Numbered from the stretch's first letter, positions 51,814 to 62,964 are shown. The stretch is 64,000 nucleotides of DNA from Aulosira sp. ZfuVER01 (GCA_034530615.2 JAVRCV020000053.1:32001-96000); one strand, 5' to 3'. A program made the numbers and translations. Notes: a model not told the origin generated them from the sequence alone.

Positions 51814-52296
51814 TTAGAACAGTCCCAAAGTCAAAGATTTGTCTAATGGTAAGGCAGCACCAATACCTAACCACAGAGTTACGAGTGTCCCAAATAGGAA
51901 CACTGTGGTTGCAACGGGACGACGGAAGGGGTTTTGGAACTTGTTGACGTTCTCAATAAAAGGAACGAGTATAAGTCCCAAAGGTACGGAAGCCATCGCT
52001 AACACTCCTAAGAGTTTGTTAGGAAGCGATCGCAAAATTTGGAATACTGGGTACAAGTACCACTCTGGCAAAATTTCCAAAGGTGTGGCAAAAGGATTGG
52101 CTGGTTCGCCGTTCATTGCTGGGTCTAGCACTGCTAGAGCTACAATGCAAGCGAACGATCCCATAATTACGATGGGAAATACGTAAAGTAGGTCATTAGG
52201 CCAAGCTGGTTCGCCATAGTAGTTATGGCCCATACCTTTGGCTAATTTTTCTCTGAGGATAGGATCGCTCAGATCGGGTTTTTTCTGTGTTGACAT
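51814..52296 (-). CDS. petD: Cytochrome b6f subunit IV
   Basis: [20 protein letters not shown]. Confidence 0.98.
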   Translation of the reverse strand: MSTQKKPDLSDPILREKLAKGMGHNYYGEPAWPNDLLYVFPIVIMGSFACIVALAVLDPAMNGEPANPFATPLEILPEWYLYPVFQILRSLPNKLLGVLAMASVPLGLILVPFIENVNKFQNPFRRPVATTVFLFGTLVTLWLGIGAALPLDKSLTLGLF

Positions 52297-52534
52297 TTTT
52301 AAATATGCTCTCCTGCTTAAGTTGAGTTAAAGCATTTGTGAAAGCCATCAGCTATCAGGCAACCCTATCCTGCGGCCAGCCAAGCTGTACGTGTCTGTGG
52401 GTTAGCCGCTAGGAGGGTTTCTGGTGCTGTCAGCTTCAGATATCAAGTTTTGTTGTTCTCATTGTTCTTCAGTTTAAAACAAACAACTCGATCTTGAAAC
52501 TGACTGCGGTTGCCTGTTCGCGCTCAGGCTGAAA

Positions 52535-53182
52535 TTACAAAGGACCAGAAATGCCTTGTTTGCGAATCATCAAGAAGTGGAACAGCATGAAGACCGCAAT
52601 CAACCACGGCAGAACAAAGGTGTGGGCGCTGTAGTAGCGGGTTAGGGTCGCTTGACCGACGCTAGAACCACCACGTAGCAGGTCGGAGATCAGAACACCA
52701 ACCACGGGAATTGCTTCTGGAACGCCGCTCACGATTTTCACAGCCCAGTAGCCAACTTGATCCCAAGGTAGTGAGTAACCTGTCACGCCAAAGGAAACGG
52801 TGATTACAGCCAGGATGACGCCACTTACCCAAGTCAATTCGCGGGGCTTTTTGAAACCACCTGTCAGGTAAACGCGAAAGACGTGCAAAATCATCATCAG
52901 CACCATCATGCTGGCAGACCAGCGGTGAATGGAGCGAATCAACCAGCCGAAGTTTACTTCTGTCATGATGTACTGCACTGAGGAGTAAGCTTCAGCGACA
53001 GTTGGCTTGTAGTAGAACGTCATGGCAAATCCAGTCGCAAACTGGATTAGGAAGCAAACCAGGGTAATGCCACCTAGGCAGTAAAAGATGTTGACGTGGG
53101 GAGGAACGTACTTGCTAGTAACATCATCAGCGAGTGCTTGAATTTCCAAGCGCTCCTCAAACCAGTCGTAAACGTTGGCCAT
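52535..53182 (-). CDS. petB: Cytochrome b6
   Basis: [37 protein letters not shown]. Confidence 0.98.
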   Translation of the reverse strand: MANVYDWFEERLEIQALADDVTSKYVPPHVNIFYCLGGITLVCFLIQFATGFAMTFYYKPTVAEAYSSVQYIMTEVNFGWLIRSIHRWSASMMVLMMILHVFRVYLTGGFKKPRELTWVSGVILAVITVSFGVTGYSLPWDQVGYWAVKIVSGVPEAIPVVGVLISDLLRGGSSVGQATLTRYYSAHTFVLPWLIAVFMLFHFLMIRKQGISGPL

Positions 53183-53550
53183 ACAATCTCAAGTTCCTAA
53201 AAATCAGTTGCGGTTGATCAATCTCCCAATTAGCAATTTTGGGATTTTAACAAAGAGGAGTTTGCTTGTTTGCTTTTGAAGCTTCAGAGTGATAAGACTT
53301 TTAATAAACTTAACACTCTGTAAACATATTATGTATTGCGTTTTCAGGGCAAACCAACACGATGAATATTGGTCACAAAGTAGATCTTATCGTTTGTTGA
53401 GTGGTATGCAACCCAATCAGCTGACTTAACAACTTGATTAAGACCAATGCACCACTTCTATAAAAAAAGTAACATAGTCGAGAGATAGATTTCATCAAAA
53501 ACAAAGCAACTGGGCAGTTCTAGGCAATTTGGGTTGAGGTGGAATTCAAG

Positions 53551-54807
53551 ATGGGCTTGTTCATGAACAAAAAGGTTTTTCGGCTGGGATTTTCATTGCT
53601 AATGGCAGTTTGGCTGGCACTGGGCACACTTATCCAACCAGCAGCGGCTTTGACAGATGAGCAAAAACTGATATCAGAGGTTTGGCGAATTGTCAATCGA
53701 ACTTATCTAGATGAAACGTTTAATCATCAAAACTGGGCAACGGTGCGGCAAAAGGCTTTGGAGAAGCCAATCAAAAACCAGGAAGCCGCTTATGCAGCAA
53801 TTCAGAATATGCTCAAAAGCTTGGACGACCCCTTTACCCGTTTTTTAGACCCAGAACAGTACCGTAGTTTACAGGTCAATACTTCTGGCGAACTAACAGG
53901 GGTGGGTTTACAAATTGCCCTTGACCCGGAAACTGGGAGGTTGGAAGTAGTCGCACCCATAGCAGGTTCACCAGCAGACAAAGCCGGAATTAGACCACGC
54001 GATCGCATTGTCAAAATTGAGGGTGTCTCTACAGAAAATCTGACATTAGACGAAGCTGCTGCTAAAATGCGCGGGCCAATTGGCAGTCTAGTGACGCTGT
54101 TAATCGCACGGGATGGCGAGGGAGAAAAGGAATTGAGGGTGATGCGCGATCGCATTGCTTTAAACCCTGTAGTCGCAGAAATGCGCGTTACCCCACAAGG
54201 TACACCCATTGGCTACCTGCGCCTGAATCAGTTTAATGCCAACGCCTCAATGGAAGTGGCACACGCCATTACTAGTCTAGAAAAAAAAGGTGCGGCTGCC
54301 TATATTTTAGATTTACGCAATAATCCTGGGGGGCTATTGCAAGCAGGCATTGAAATCGCTCGGTTGTGGTTAGACTCTGGCACCATAGTTTACACCGTCA
54401 ATCGCCAGGGAATTCAAGGCAGTTTTGAGGCATCTGGCCCAGCACTGACACCAGATCCATTAGTTATTTTAGTCAATCAAGGAACTGCCAGTGCCAGTGA
54501 AATTCTCGCGGGTGCATTACAAGATAATGGTCGTGCCCAGCTAGTAGGCGAAACTACTTTTGGTAAAGGTTTGATTCAGTCCTTGTTTGAATTATCAGAT
54601 GGTTCTGGCTTGGCAGTAACAATTGCTAAGTATGAAACACCTCAACATCGAGATATTAACAAGCTAGGTATCAAACCAGACAAAGTAATTTCTCAAGAGG
54701 CTATTACCCGCGAACAGATTGCTACAGAAGCAGATCAACAATATCAAGCAGCAGTGGAATTGTTAACGAAAAATTCAGTAGTAGCGGGATTGGGACATGG
54801 GGCATAA
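53551..54807 (+). CDS. ctpA: Carboxyl-terminal processing protease (S41)
   Basis: LDDPFTRF, PDZ GVGL, DLRNNPGG, TASASE, TFGKG; divergent from petB. Confidence 0.9.
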   Translation: MGLFMNKKVFRLGFSLLMAVWLALGTLIQPAAALTDEQKLISEVWRIVNRTYLDETFNHQNWATVRQKALEKPIKNQEAAYAAIQNMLKSLDDPFTRFLDPEQYRSLQVNTSGELTGVGLQIALDPETGRLEVVAPIAGSPADKAGIRPRDRIVKIEGVSTENLTLDEAAAKMRGPIGSLVTLLIARDGEGEKELRVMRDRIALNPVVAEMRVTPQGTPIGYLRLNQFNANASMEVAHAITSLEKKGAAAYILDLRNNPGGLLQAGIEIARLWLDSGTIVYTVNRQGIQGSFEASGPALTPDPLVILVNQGTASASEILAGALQDNGRAQLVGETTFGKGLIQSLFELSDGSGLAVTIAKYETPQHRDINKLGIKPDKVISQEAITREQIATEADQQYQAAVELLTKNSVVAGLGHGA

Positions 54808-54853
54808 GGCAGAGGAATAGGGTCTAAATTTTATGTAGCATCAAAGACGAATA

Positions 54854-55054
54854 ATGACTGAAGATAACGAGCCTGAGAGACGATCGGGGGAGGATTGGGA
54901 CTGGCGAACGGAAACCAGGGATTGGTCAGCCGCAGCATCAGAGCTGGCTTGCTTTTCTCTGGCTAGGATGAAGGACAAGGATTTAATCGAAATCATTGAC
55001 ACTAAGCGAGGCTTACTTAGGTATATATGTATATTTAGGGTTAAAAAATCATGA
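54854..55054 (+). CDS. Small hypothetical protein (66 aa)
   Basis: ATG start; ATGA overlap with the next ORF. Confidence 0.55.
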   Translation: MTEDNEPERRSGEDWDWRTETRDWSAAASELACFSLARMKDKDLIEIIDTKRGLLRYICIFRVKKS

Positions 55055-55302
55055 CAGAAGCACAATTAACAGCTACTCAGATACCAATAAATGAACTAAT
55101 AGATATGCTGGCAGCTATTGGTAACAAAGACTACGCTCAATTTCAAGAGCTAGAGCAAGCTTTTGTTTCCCAACATGGGGAGGAAGTTTGGGAGCAAGTT
55201 TTTAACTTTCGCGTTTTACCTGCGCTAGACGAGCCTGCTAATCAATGGCTATTAATGCAGTGGATGAGTCACGGTATCAACAGCATAAAAACAGTGGCTT
55301 AG
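55051..55302 (+). CDS. Small helical hypothetical protein (83 aa)
   Basis: Coupled to the previous ORF; plausible amphipathic helices. Confidence 0.6.
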   Translation: MTEAQLTATQIPINELIDMLAAIGNKDYAQFQELEQAFVSQHGEEVWEQVFNFRVLPALDEPANQWLLMQWMSHGINSIKTVA

Positions 55303-55339
55303 GTGGGTAAAATCCCTGCTTCCTCATACCCCTCATCCT

Positions 55340-56026
55340 TCATAAAAGCGCTTGCATTTGACGCAAAGCTTGTAAATCTAAAGAGGCAAGATGCTGGTAA
55401 GCTTGAGCGATCGCACCTTTGCCTCTCAGATAACCTGTATTTGCACCGGGACAAATATACTCAAGAGTTTCTGGTGTAAAGCGTTCTAAGAGGTACTGAA
55501 GACTATTAATTTGTCGCGGCCAGTGAAAAGTTTTGGCTGTGCGTAATGGAACTGGTTCACCCTGTTGCTTGGGAACTAAATGGCGTCCTGAAAATAACAC
55601 ACCTCCAAGTTGACTGTAGTATAGGCAAGATGAGCCAGGAGAATGACCTGGTGTCCAAATTATTTTAATTTCTGAATCTAAAATGAGTTCTTGGGCAAAA
55701 GTAGTTACAGTTAATTCTGGTAATAAATAAGCTTCTTGCTCTTGAATTACAACCTCGCAACCCAAGGTTGGCTGGAGTTCTGCTGTTTTGCCAATAGCAC
55801 CGCGATGGGTAAGAAATAGCCAGCGCACACCGCCATGCGATCGCAAAAAATCCAGATTCGTTTGTTCTAAAGCAGGGCAATCTATCAGGATATTGCTTTC
55901 ATTTCTTACAATAAAATAAGAGGTTCCCCCTAATGTGTCCCGATTGGGTGGAAAAGCATAAATACTATTCAGCACAGTCCGTGGTGGCTTAACTGTATGA
56001 TTTGGCTGTTGGGGTGAGGGGCACAT
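55340..56026 (-). CDS. MBL-fold protein with degenerate metal motif
   Basis: ILIDCP, LFLTHRG, TPGHSPGS, LFSG, ICPG. Confidence 0.8.
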   Translation of the reverse strand: MCPSPQQPNHTVKPPRTVLNSIYAFPPNRDTLGGTSYFIVRNESNILIDCPALEQTNLDFLRSHGGVRWLFLTHRGAIGKTAELQPTLGCEVVIQEQEAYLLPELTVTTFAQELILDSEIKIIWTPGHSPGSSCLYYSQLGGVLFSGRHLVPKQQGEPVPLRTAKTFHWPRQINSLQYLLERFTPETLEYICPGANTGYLRGKGAIAQAYQHLASLDLQALRQMQALL

Positions 56027-56187
56027 GAGAAAAACACCGAAAATTAGGAGTTGCCGAGAATTTGGTTGCAGAGTTCAACTGCTGTTAACCGTTGTAGAAA
56101 AGATTGGGGTTTTATAGTCTGGCTGGTAGTGAAAGCTGTGGTGCTGACTCTACGAGTAGGACATTTTTTCAAATTACCGAAGAACAA

Positions 56188-57666
56188 ATGACATTTTGGT
56201 TTCTCCTCCTACTGGGACTAGCTACTTATCTAATGGTGCAGCGTGTCGTCGCACATAGCACTCAGACACCTGTCTGGTTGTTGTGGCTAGTTTTAATGAC
56301 ACCAGCATTTTTGTTGACCGGATGGACGTTATTATATGGGGCGAAACAACCGCCGCCTTCATCACTGATCCTCTGGTCGTCAATTATCTGCATTTTGTTA
56401 TACTGGCTGTTATTTCAATGGGGACGGCGATCGCCCAGAGATAAACAGACTGAACCTCAAGCTATAGAATCACAATCGGTTATTAATCCTACCGCAGAAC
56501 CAGTAAAAGTGCGTCCCATTGAGCCAACGGAAGAAACCCAGCTGCGAAATTGTTTTCCCTGGTCTACATACTACATTCAAAACATTGAGTATCGACCCCA
56601 GGCGGTAATTTGTCGCGGTCAGTTAAGAACTGCACCAAGTCAAGCCTACCAACAAATTAAGTCTAATATCGAAGCACAATTTGGCGATCGCTTTTTGCTG
56701 ATATTTCAAGAAGGTGCCAATAGTAAACCTTTCTTTGTGCTTGTTCCCAATCCTCAAGCTGCAAAACAGGTCAATTCCAGTAACCAAGAACAGTTAACAC
56801 GCCCAGGATTAGCACTCTTGCTTTTAGTAGCTACTTTGGTAACTACTACCATAGTGGGAACTAAACTTGCTGGTGTCGATCTCAAAGTATTAGAATCCCA
56901 ACCCAATATTTTGCTTCAGGGATTGCCCTATGCTTTAGGACTCATGACTATTTTGGGTATCCACGAACTTGGTCACTATTTGACAGCTAGGTACTACAAA
57001 ATTCGTGCCACACTGCCCTATTTTATCCCCGTGCCTTTTTTCTTAGGAACATTTGGGGCATTTATTCAAATGCGCAGCCCTATTCCTAATCGCAAAGCTT
57101 TATTTGATGTTAGTATTGCCGGGCCAATTGCAGGTTTTATTGTTACTTTACCTTTATTAATCTGGGGTTTAGCTCACTCTGATGTAGTTGCTTTGAGTCC
57201 AAAAACCGGGCCGTTAAACCCCGATGCCCTCAATCCCAAATATTCCATTTTGCTAGCACTACTCTCGAAATTAGCACTGGGAAATTCATTAACTTCAACA
57301 TCAGCTATTGACTTACATCCAGTTGCAGTTGCAGGTTTTTTAGGGCTAATTGTGACTGCATTAAATTTGATGCCTGTGGGACAATTAGACGGGGGTCATA
57401 TTGTCCACGCCATTTTTGGACAGAGAACCGCGATCGCAATTGGTCAAATGGCACGCTTGCTGCTGCTATTACTTTCTTTTATCCAGGTAGAATATTTCGT
57501 TTGGGCAATCATCTTATTACTCATACCCTTGGTTGATGAACCTGCTCTCAACGATGTTACAGAACTGGACAATAAACGCGATATTTTGGGTTTGTTATCA
57601 ATGGCTTTGTTGGTGATGATTGTACTGCCACTACCCCAGGCGATCGCTAACCTATTGCAGATTTAA
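56188..57666 (+). CDS. Site-2 protease family (M50) protein
   Basis: HELGH, IAGP, NLMPVGQLDGGH. Confidence 0.92.
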   Translation: MTFWFLLLLGLATYLMVQRVVAHSTQTPVWLLWLVLMTPAFLLTGWTLLYGAKQPPPSSLILWSSIICILLYWLLFQWGRRSPRDKQTEPQAIESQSVINPTAEPVKVRPIEPTEETQLRNCFPWSTYYIQNIEYRPQAVICRGQLRTAPSQAYQQIKSNIEAQFGDRFLLIFQEGANSKPFFVLVPNPQAAKQVNSSNQEQLTRPGLALLLLVATLVTTTIVGTKLAGVDLKVLESQPNILLQGLPYALGLMTILGIHELGHYLTARYYKIRATLPYFIPVPFFLGTFGAFIQMRSPIPNRKALFDVSIAGPIAGFIVTLPLLIWGLAHSDVVALSPKTGPLNPDALNPKYSILLALLSKLALGNSLTSTSAIDLHPVAVAGFLGLIVTALNLMPVGQLDGGHIVHAIFGQRTAIAIGQMARLLLLLLSFIQVEYFVWAIILLLIPLVDEPALNDVTELDNKRDILGLLSMALLVMIVLPLPQAIANLLQI

Positions 57667-57878
57667 ATATTTGAGTCAGTCGGAAGATTCTAACCCCTGA
57701 TGAGAAAACGCTTACGAGCAACAGCGACAACTGGATTATTTATCTGTAGACGCTTAATCTACAGAGTTGAGCAGTAAATATTGTTGGGGAAATGGGAGTA
57801 GCATTAGAGATAAATGCGATCGCTAATAATTATTTCCCCAATGTTTCGCTAGCAATGACTGTAAATATCTTCAGAAAT

Positions 57879-59402
57879 CTACTTATAACAATACGAACAT
57901 TTTCTAACCTGGCTATTAGTTGTTTGGCTCTTTAACTGCTCAATCACAGCAAAACGAATATCTCGTTTTTCGGCAATCAGCTTAATTCCCGGTTGTTGAA
58001 GATTTAAGAAATCTAATCCTTTTTCTTTGCCACTAATTAAGAAGTCATTAATAGCAACTTTGTAAATTCTTTTCGGGTCAATTTTTCGGTCTTTAATCAC
58101 CCAATCTCCTGAACTTGGTGCTTGACTAACATTAGCTGTTTGCAAATAGCCACCAGTACCTTGATTGATTTGTCCTTGAGCCAATACTCTTTTCAACAAC
58201 GTACCATTTATCTCTACCGCTACAACTTTGCCGCCGAAAGGTAATATCCGAATTACATCATATTGGGTAATTGGGCCTGGTGGAATGACATCATCAACCC
58301 GAATTGAACCACCATTAAATATAGCTAAATCCGCATCTGGTACTTCCTTCAACATCGCCGCTGCAATTAACTCTGTGAGTTGGGTGGATTTGTTACGGAC
58401 GCTAGATTCTAAACCATCTAAAGCAAAGGACAATTTTGCAACTTCTTGATTTGGCTCAAAACCATTGGCACGAAAGGCCTGATAACCTTTTTCTAGCCAT
58501 TCCTTAACTATCATTGCAGTTTTGGGTTCGTCGGGAATTTTCTCAATAATTGGTACTAGTCGAGAGTTAATCTGGAGGCTTTTTTTGATAGTGTCGTAGC
58601 TTAATTGGTGAACGTATACTGTACGCGCATTAGCATCTGCTTTAAAAATTGGTGTAAAGTCTCGACCCCGCCATTGCTGGATATTTTCATGCTCGTGCCC
58701 ACCAAGAATGATATCAATTTCTGGTATCGTTTCTGCGAGTATGCGATCACTTCCAATTGGCAGGTGAGTGATAGCAACTACAATATCAACTTTACCCTTG
58801 AGTGCCTTCACCTGTTGTTTGGCTGTTTCAATGGGATCGGTATAACTAACATAACTAGGCTGATTACTATTGAGAGTCAGGCCAATTAACCCTACCCTGA
58901 CCACAGCACCGCGATCGCCTTTGACATTAAATATTATCGATCGCGGCACACCTTTGAAAGGCTGCCCTTTGCTATCTGATACATTACCCGAAACCCAGCG
59001 AAAGCGAGATTCTTGCAAGCGTTGATAGAAAAGGTTTTCCGGTAAGTCAAATTCATGATTGCCAAAAGTTGCGTAGTCAAAGCCTACAGCATTCATTACA
59101 GCTACCATTTGCTGTCCAGCTAGCGGTGTACCGTTAATTTTGGCAGTTCCTAAAGCCGAAGGACTAAAAGCATCCCCTGCTAATACCGTGTATGTACGAG
59201 GGTTTGCTTTGTAAAGTTGTTGTCGCAAGGTAGCGACACGCGCCAAACCGCCGCGAGTTCCACCTTCCACTGGTGTAATTTCGTAAATGTCATTGAGTTG
59301 CAGCAAGTTAATATTCACGATTTCTGCCATTACAGGAGTAGCTAAAGCTACCGTTGCTAACACCTGTAAAACTAAGCCACAACTCTTCCAGATGAGTTTC
59401 AT
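57879..59402 (-). CDS. Bifunctional metallophosphatase / 5'-nucleotidase
   Basis: Signal peptide; NDIYE, AGD, GNHEFD, GGHEH, NGGSIR. Confidence 0.9.
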   Translation of the reverse strand: MKLIWKSCGLVLQVLATVALATPVMAEIVNINLLQLNDIYEITPVEGGTRGGLARVATLRQQLYKANPRTYTVLAGDAFSPSALGTAKINGTPLAGQQMVAVMNAVGFDYATFGNHEFDLPENLFYQRLQESRFRWVSGNVSDSKGQPFKGVPRSIIFNVKGDRGAVVRVGLIGLTLNSNQPSYVSYTDPIETAKQQVKALKGKVDIVVAITHLPIGSDRILAETIPEIDIILGGHEHENIQQWRGRDFTPIFKADANARTVYVHQLSYDTIKKSLQINSRLVPIIEKIPDEPKTAMIVKEWLEKGYQAFRANGFEPNQEVAKLSFALDGLESSVRNKSTQLTELIAAAMLKEVPDADLAIFNGGSIRVDDVIPPGPITQYDVIRILPFGGKVVAVEINGTLLKRVLAQGQINQGTGGYLQTANVSQAPSSGDWVIKDRKIDPKRIYKVAINDFLISGKEKGLDFLNLQQPGIKLIAEKRDIRFAVIEQLKSQTTNSQVRKCSYCYK

Positions 59403-59463
59403 TTTTAGCTGGGAATCCCTTATAATCTACGGAATTGATTTTAAGGGTTTTTATCGTTGTTAT

Positions 59464-60102
59464 ATGCACTCTAGCACTGAGCAAATAGAAACTAAAAAAT
59501 CAACCATAGCCATTATGATTCTGGCTGCGGGTGCATCTACTCGTATGGGTACACCAAAACAGCTATTGCTCTACCAAGGACAGAGTTTGGTGCAACATAT
59601 CACAGAAATTGCGATCGCTTCAGTTTGCAACCCTGTGGTAGTCGTACTTGGAGCATATTTAGAACAGATTCGCCCCCAAATCAATCACCTTACCGTGAAC
59701 ATCGTTGAGAACTTAGATTGGGCTGGGGGAATGGGTGCTTCCATCAACAGCGGTATGCAATTTTTGCAGAATCTACCACAAAACATTGACGCAGTAGTTA
59801 TTTTAGTTTGCGACCAACCATTTCTTTCACCACAAATTATTAATCAACTTGTCGAGGCATATCACTCAACAAAAAAATCTATTATTACTTGTGAATATGC
59901 AGGCACATTAGGCGTACCTGCTTTGTTTAGTAATATATTTTTTTCAGATCTGGCTGAATTACCAGGAAATACAGGAGCAAAAACAATTATTAAGAACAAC
60001 CTTGCTCAATTATTTTCCATACCTTTTGATCGGGGAGTCATTGATATTGATACCCCACAAGATTATGAGCAATTGCTATCGATGAATAGCAACTCTATGT
60101 AA
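59464..60102 (+). CDS. MocA-like nucleotidyltransferase (molybdenum cofactor cytidylyltransferase family)
   Basis: ILAAGASTRMGTPKQLL, NLDWAGGMGASI, CDQP, DIDTPQDY. Confidence 0.85.
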   Translation: MHSSTEQIETKKSTIAIMILAAGASTRMGTPKQLLLYQGQSLVQHITEIAIASVCNPVVVVLGAYLEQIRPQINHLTVNIVENLDWAGGMGASINSGMQFLQNLPQNIDAVVILVCDQPFLSPQIINQLVEAYHSTKKSIITCEYAGTLGVPALFSNIFFSDLAELPGNTGAKTIIKNNLAQLFSIPFDRGVIDIDTPQDYEQLLSMNSNSM

Positions 60103-60227
60103 TTTTAAATTCAGTTTCCTTTGTGTCTTAGTGTCTCTGTGGTTTTGTTGAACCGCCAAGACACTAAGCCAAATCATCAACAATTAAGACATGAAAGCAG
60201 ATGTTGACCTCTTCTTGATAGGGCTAG

Positions 60228-60626
60228 TTACCATCTGTCATATCTGTCGTTTCTATAGTATCTGTCATCGTCTCTATCGTATCTGTCATCGTATCTGTCA
60301 TTTCTGTTGAATCTATCGTTTCTGTTGAATCTATCATTTCTGTTGTTTCTGCGATCGCGAATTATAAACTGCGCTCGACAACCATTTCTCACCCAGATCC
60401 GATTTCCGTTATAGCCCCAATTGTCTTTACAACTGGAGCTAGATAATTGCCTGATCAGGCGAACTCTACCTGTTGTAGATACTGAGCAAATATTCCGCCG
60501 ATTATTATGGCTTTCACAAGTTATGACTTGTTGGGCTGAAGCTGGGCTAGCAATGCTCAAAACCATACCTAAACTGACACTGGCAACCATAAAGGTAGCA
60601 GCAATTGCGGGAAAGCGAGTAATCAT
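60228..60626 (-). CDS. DUF3011-like secreted protein with R/D/N tandem-repeat tail
   Basis: ITCES...RQLSSSSC..NWGY...IWVRNGCRAQF; NRNDRF repeats. Confidence 0.75.
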   Translation of the reverse strand: MITRFPAIAATFMVASVSLGMVLSIASPASAQQVITCESHNNRRNICSVSTTGRVRLIRQLSSSSCKDNWGYNGNRIWVRNGCRAQFIIRDRRNNRNDRFNRNDRFNRNDRYDDRYDRDDDRYYRNDRYDRW

Positions 60627-60887
60627 ATTAAGTGTTAGATGTCTTCAAAAAATATTTAGTTGATTACTATTTTAATCTATATTCCACAACCGTAAATCTA
60701 CTTGAAGAAGATAATTTTAGGGAATTGTTTTTTGTTATTGAGAATTTATTCAAGGAAGAGTACGCCATTGTACTGTCGGCTGGTATTAACAATAGCAATC
60801 CTATTTCAGTTGTGAAAAATATCAGTGGTGGCTGTCAACTATTAACAGTCATCGGTTAACAGTCTAATGCCCAATGCCCATTGATCT

Positions 60888-62780
60888 TTAGATATTAATA
60901 CTCTGAGGAATTTTAGAAGGGAGCAGATACTCATAGGCTGGACGGTTCAAGTTGCGTTGATTAATAGTATGTTCAACTTGCTGGAGATTTTTTTGGAATG
61001 TCTGCAACAAGGGTTGTACACGCCGATCGCTAAAGTATCCCTGTGGATATTCACCAAGTTTGTTGTAATATACAGAACCTAATAAACCGAGTAGATTATA
61101 TTGCCGTTGTGCTTGATTCAAGGGTGGAAGTAAATTCAGGTAGTCTTGCTCAGTAACTTCTCCTTTGAGAATTGAAGCTGGCAAATAACCAGCCATTGGC
61201 AAGGCAGCAGCATAGCCCATCAAATCTTTTTGGGGAAAGTTAACCGCAGCATGTTGAGCGCTGGCTGTGAAAATAATTAATGTAGCCGCATCTACTAAGT
61301 ATTCTCGCGTTTGGATACGTCCATCTTCACCAAAATCGCTGATGCGACCACCATTGTAAGCTTGGACTTCAGTTGCCCACTTCTGAAGGGCTGCATCATT
61401 CTGAATGTCGTTATCTGTAGCGTAGTAAAGGTTCAGGTAGTCTGCAACCCACTGATGAATGGTATCCCAGACTAACAGTGCATCGTCCCGGTAAGGATAC
61501 ACAGGCAACAAATTAGGATCGTCTACACCACGCTGCTGGAATTGCTTCCGTAACATGGCACTATTGAAGCCATAGCTTTGTAAGCCACGCACTGCTAAAA
61601 CCCGAGAGTTATCAATCGTTGATGAGAGTAATCTATCGACCCCACCCCCAGGAGCGATTAAAATCCTTTGGGCTGCATCGTTAATTGCTAAAGTGCCTTC
61701 AAAATGGGAGCGCAGCAGTAAGCCAAGGGGATGAGTGGCTGGCAACTGGCGATGGGTAGCCATGACAAAAGCACCAACGAACAGGTGTGTTCTGGCTAGG
61801 TGGGTGACAGGTTCGTGGAAGTTAGCATCTGCTATCTGTACAATTGTTTTGGCAAATAGCCAAGCGTATTTACCTGAGTTAGGGGTGATAATCGGGTAAT
61901 CGGGGCCGGGAGTTTGGCCGCATTGAATGGCGACTGGACGTAGTAAACGAGAGAGTTTTGAGCCTTTGGGTACAGCAAATAGTGCTAGGGGCGCATAGAC
62001 ATATTTTTGGTCTTGTAGATATATACCGTCGATCGCACCCTCGAAAATTCCATAATCCGCTAGGTAAAGTCTTCCTTCTTCTCCCGCTGCTTGTAATGAA
62101 TCATCCGTTCCCATCACCGCCTGGTAATGTTCGTCGGTGACAGGGAAGTGATCGCTCAGGCTGGTTACTCGCTGAATCATTACGGGATTGTAGCCAGCTA
62201 CTCGCATATAGGCAAAGACTTTATCTTCCTGGAAAGTTTTGCCAATCGCTGGCACTCCAATCATAGGGAACAACTTTTCATAATCATTTAGGTTGGTCAC
62301 ATGACCTGTAGGTTGTCCTTCACGCAACAGCGTAATAGCCCGATTCAAAGCATCTTTGAGAATTACAAGTCCGTTTTCCTTGAGAATAGAAAATAACAGA
62401 TCGTCAAGTTCTCTAAAATCTTTGGATATTCCTTTGATTAAAAACTGAGGGAGAATTTGCAGAAGCCTAGCAATAATACTGATTTTGAACGGTATTGCCC
62501 CCTTAAATAAGGCTTCTAGGATAAACATTTTCACATCATCACGGATCGTCGACTTGGAACCACGATTGCCTCGGTTGGTAATCAAGGTATTGAGAAAAAT
62601 ATTGCGTAACTGCTGGGCTAGCAAAAAATACCAGTTCGCGGAGAAGCGTTCCGTAGCAGGAAGCTCATCTACCATCGCGATCGGTGGAATATGGGTGTAG
62701 TTATATTTATATTCTTGCCTAGCAACCTCTAGGCTCGCAGTAACGGGAATTATTGAATTGTTTTGTGATGAAGCAGTCAT
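60888..62780 (-). CDS. Lipoxygenase
   Basis: RVAGYNP, WLFAK, HEPVTHLARTH, HFEGTLAIN, QHAAVNF, C-terminal PQSINI. Confidence 0.95.
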   Translation of the reverse strand: MTASSQNNSIIPVTASLEVARQEYKYNYTHIPPIAMVDELPATERFSANWYFLLAQQLRNIFLNTLITNRGNRGSKSTIRDDVKMFILEALFKGAIPFKISIIARLLQILPQFLIKGISKDFRELDDLLFSILKENGLVILKDALNRAITLLREGQPTGHVTNLNDYEKLFPMIGVPAIGKTFQEDKVFAYMRVAGYNPVMIQRVTSLSDHFPVTDEHYQAVMGTDDSLQAAGEEGRLYLADYGIFEGAIDGIYLQDQKYVYAPLALFAVPKGSKLSRLLRPVAIQCGQTPGPDYPIITPNSGKYAWLFAKTIVQIADANFHEPVTHLARTHLFVGAFVMATHRQLPATHPLGLLLRSHFEGTLAINDAAQRILIAPGGGVDRLLSSTIDNSRVLAVRGLQSYGFNSAMLRKQFQQRGVDDPNLLPVYPYRDDALLVWDTIHQWVADYLNLYYATDNDIQNDAALQKWATEVQAYNGGRISDFGEDGRIQTREYLVDAATLIIFTASAQHAAVNFPQKDLMGYAAALPMAGYLPASILKGEVTEQDYLNLLPPLNQAQRQYNLLGLLGSVYYNKLGEYPQGYFSDRRVQPLLQTFQKNLQQVEHTINQRNLNRPAYEYLLPSKIPQSINI

Positions 62781-62964
62781 GGATTTTCTTGTATGTACTG
62801 TTAAAAGAGAACTTCAAATAATTTTTTCGTTTATGAGATGAGTTAGCACTGTCTGGTAGAGCTTATCGAATTATTCTGTCCAAGTGGCGATTATTGAAAG
62901 GTTGTGTTGCAAAAATTTGTAGGAAATAAAATTGCTGTATAAATTCCGACTTATTATGCAGCCA

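Noticed and set aside
59287..59463. Long N-terminal extension of the MocA-like ORF overlapping the nucleotidase
   Set aside because: Family similarity starts after ATG 59464; the extension is antisense read-through
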